From positions 1 through 64,000 of the forward strand of contig CAXHJY010001088.1 in the NCBI GenBank assembly GCA_964016885.1: 64,000 nucleotides of DNA, given 5' to 3'. Each line of letters opens with the position of its first letter. Positions within the stretch are counted from its first letter, which is position 1. Position numbers and translations under genes: made by a program. Source of the DNA: Eledone cirrhosa (taxonomy: Eukaryota). This document shows positions 61,371 through 64,000 of the stretch, piece by piece. The notes under the pieces were generated by a model. The model had not been told where the DNA came from, made no database searches, and was given only the letters and a program-made list of their open reading frames with translations.

Positions 61371-61710
61371 GTTTTGCGAGGTTTTTGATATGAAATCGTG
61401 TGTCGAAACAAATATTGTTATACTTGGGGAGGGTCATATTTGTGTAATATTGCCAGAATTAATAACAGAACACACCCACTGTTTGGTTGGTTTTCGCTTC
61501 TGTGTCTTTTATATCGGTTAATTTAATTAATTCGGTCCTCAATGTTGCCATTGACTGACCAACGGTCAAAAATACAGATACAATATAGACACAAACACAT
61601 ATATATAGTTTATCAAAGTTCTTTCATTGCACATCTGCAACATCGTCAGTGGTGCTATTGTTTCCTCCTGTTGCATTGTATTTTCTACGCCATCTTTATT
61701 TTCATCTTTA
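61371..61710 (-). mobile_element. Solo terminal region of the PLE family at 28477
   Basis: Colinear with 28480-28830. Confidence 0.82.
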
Positions 61711-62085
61711 TTTCCAAATATCCTTAAGTTCATCTGGCAACCCCGATTGGGGTGCGTAAGCTGATATTATTGTGGTAATTGTTTTATTCAGGACTAGTCT
61801 GAGTTTAATGTTTCTTGCATTTACCCTGTACACTGAGATTACTTTATCTACCCACTTGTCAGCTAGTAGTATACCTACACCACCCATCCCATCGTCATTT
61901 CCCACCCAGAAAAATTTGTAGCACTGACTTTTTCCTACAAGGACTCTAGCAGACTCTCCTCTCCATCTAGTGTCTTGCACACAGCATACATAAATTTCCT
62001 TTCGCTCTAGCATCTCTACAATTTCTCCTGCTTTTCCTTTCATTGTGCTTACATTGATGGTACCAACTCAGAGTTTTGGGCATTT
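61711..62085 (-). pseudogene. RTE APE-domain 5' fragment related to families A and B
   Basis: [35 protein letters not shown]. Confidence 0.88.
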
Positions 62086-62899
62086 GTCGACATTCGTAGG
62101 GAAGGGTCAATTTTTGCAGGGATGTGTGTGTGCTTCCTGTCTCTGAATTGGAGCTTCACATGGGTGTTTGGTAGCTCGCGGATTCATATTCATTTTCATC
62201 TATTAATTCAGAGTTGCTCCAATTTATTCTCAGCTCATCCATACATAACGGTAGGAAAATTCAGGGCTAGAAGAACAGTGGTGGTGGTAATAATGGCAGG
62301 GTGTGTTGGGCTGGGACGGGGGAGGAGAGAGTTAGGTAGTAGTAGAAATGGCAGGGTTTTTTGGGGTTGGTAGTGGGGGGGGGGGGGGGGGCATGCTGAG
62401 GTTTGATTATGAGGTAGGTAGCCAATTCATGGCCTGTAGCATCTGATGGCAAAATAGACAGATAGAGAGGCAGCATGGTAGAGAAAATGAGGGTAAAAAA
62501 ATAAATGTGTTGTGGAAGCTAGCGAAGTGATAAATACAGCAATAATTGTGAGCAGAACATTTGCAATTGGGGGAATAGAGGGATACCTGAAAGATTTGTA
62601 TGGATGGATGGCTGGAACGTGGTTAAGCAGCTCTAGTGATTCATTTTAGCCTTTCAAAGTCAAGTGTGTCTTGTCTCAAGAACTTCAAGATGAGTGAGGA
62701 AGGAATGGGTGAGAGGGAAAGGGAGGTAATAGGTGGCTTAGAGATAGATAGAGAGAGGGTATAGCCCTCATAGAGAGAGAGAGAGAGAGATAGAGAGAGG
62801 GTAGCCATCATAGAGAGACGGTCGCCGTCATGGCAAAATAACTGATAGAAGTGAATACAGCAACAATAATAATAGCCAAGTCATATATATATATATATG

Positions 62900-64000
62900 T
62901 AGGAGTTATATTTAATTTGTTGGAATTCCGATAAACATAAATATTTATAACTGATATAGAGCACTCAACAAGTTACTGGAGTAAATATTCCAAGATAATA
63001 ATAAATGGAAACTGTATTTATAAAACCATATTTATTTTATTAGGGTGACCAAGAAAATCTTGGTGCGCTTTCATCAGATAAAATACAAAATTTGTTTTAT
63101 AAATAATGACATACCCATGGAAATCACACCTTAACGGTCCGAAGATTCGCTGGATAGTGGAAACTTATTAGGGGTAATTCAAAGTTATGTGTGAATATGC
63201 AAATGAATGTATGAAAAATTGAAAAAACAACCGTTTATTTAAATTACGCTGGGGGAGGATGAGAAGAAAGAGAGAGCGAAAAAATTACTGTTATGAGATA
63301 TATAGAAAAATAGAGAGGAAAGAGAAATTTAACAGAGGATGAACTCATATAACGTAAATAAGTCTTAAATTTATATTAAAGTTACGTATATTTAGTAATT
63401 ATTTTGTTGTTAGAATTCTAATATAATACAATATAATATTAAGTTTTATAGGTAAAAAGAAAATATATATATAGAAAAAATAGATATATAGAAAAAGTAA
63501 ATATATATATAAGAATATATATTGAAAATATAATAATATATATTGAGAAATAAATTGAGAGTGAATAGATATAAGTAGAAAATAGATAGAAAAATATAGA
63601 TAGAAGAATAGATATATGAATAGAGGAATGGATATATGAGTGGATATATGCGTATATTCTGTTATAGATAACTATTTTAATAATTTATGAGGGATACTGT
63701 TTTATATTTACATTTAGTGTAATTAAATTAACTGAGTTAATATGAATATTTATATGTTTTTAATATTTTAAATATTTTAAATTGGGAAGATAGTGAAAAT
63801 CCCAATTTTGTTTATTTATTAGTTAGTATGAGACCATTTTGACGAAGATATGTTTTGAAATATATATTTAGCCAGAATTAGTTATTGGTTATATTAAAAA
63901 ATATAAAAAATATTAAAATATTAGAAAATATTAAAAAATATATAATATAAAAATATTAAAAGTTCTGGAAAAAATTTCTGGAAAAAACTTTAAAAAAAAA
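62900..64000 (-). mobile_element. Diverged H1-family pLTR plus AT-rich PLE 3' UTR, running off the window
   Basis: 62900-63100 resembles the reverse complement of 37575-37790; hammerhead lacks its GAAA. Confidence 0.7.

Noticed and set aside
63030-63090. H1-family hammerhead on the minus strand
   Set aside because: CTGATGA and stem II are present but GAAA and stem III are deleted; not counted.

Overview
AT-rich eukaryotic repeat region with no recognisable host gene. The SINE/LINE repertoire suggests an invertebrate, plausibly a cephalopod mollusc (inference only). The window is a scaffold of long degenerate (TA)n arrays, and all the Y/I/M-rich ORFs in the track are artefacts of these. Retroelements sit between the arrays: two apparently intact RTE-clade LINEs (1540-4674; 45570-49115, with three C-terminal C2H2 fingers), many copies of two RTE families carrying a PHD-like finger behind the RT core, three CR1/L2-group LINE pieces, a Dong/R4-type RLE fragment, at least four families of Penelope-like elements (RT plus GIY-YIG), and two tRNA-derived SINE families. 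The main hidden feature, read by eye, is about 11 type I hammerhead ribozyme folds from about 8 sequence-unrelated families. Many have palindromic stem III, very long stem II or the U3:A8 core variant, and several lie in short ORF-less modules between TA arrays. The RTE and SINE 3' tails also share a repeated pseudoknot-plus-hairpin module. All folds are manual and untested, and element boundaries inside TA tracts are approximate.
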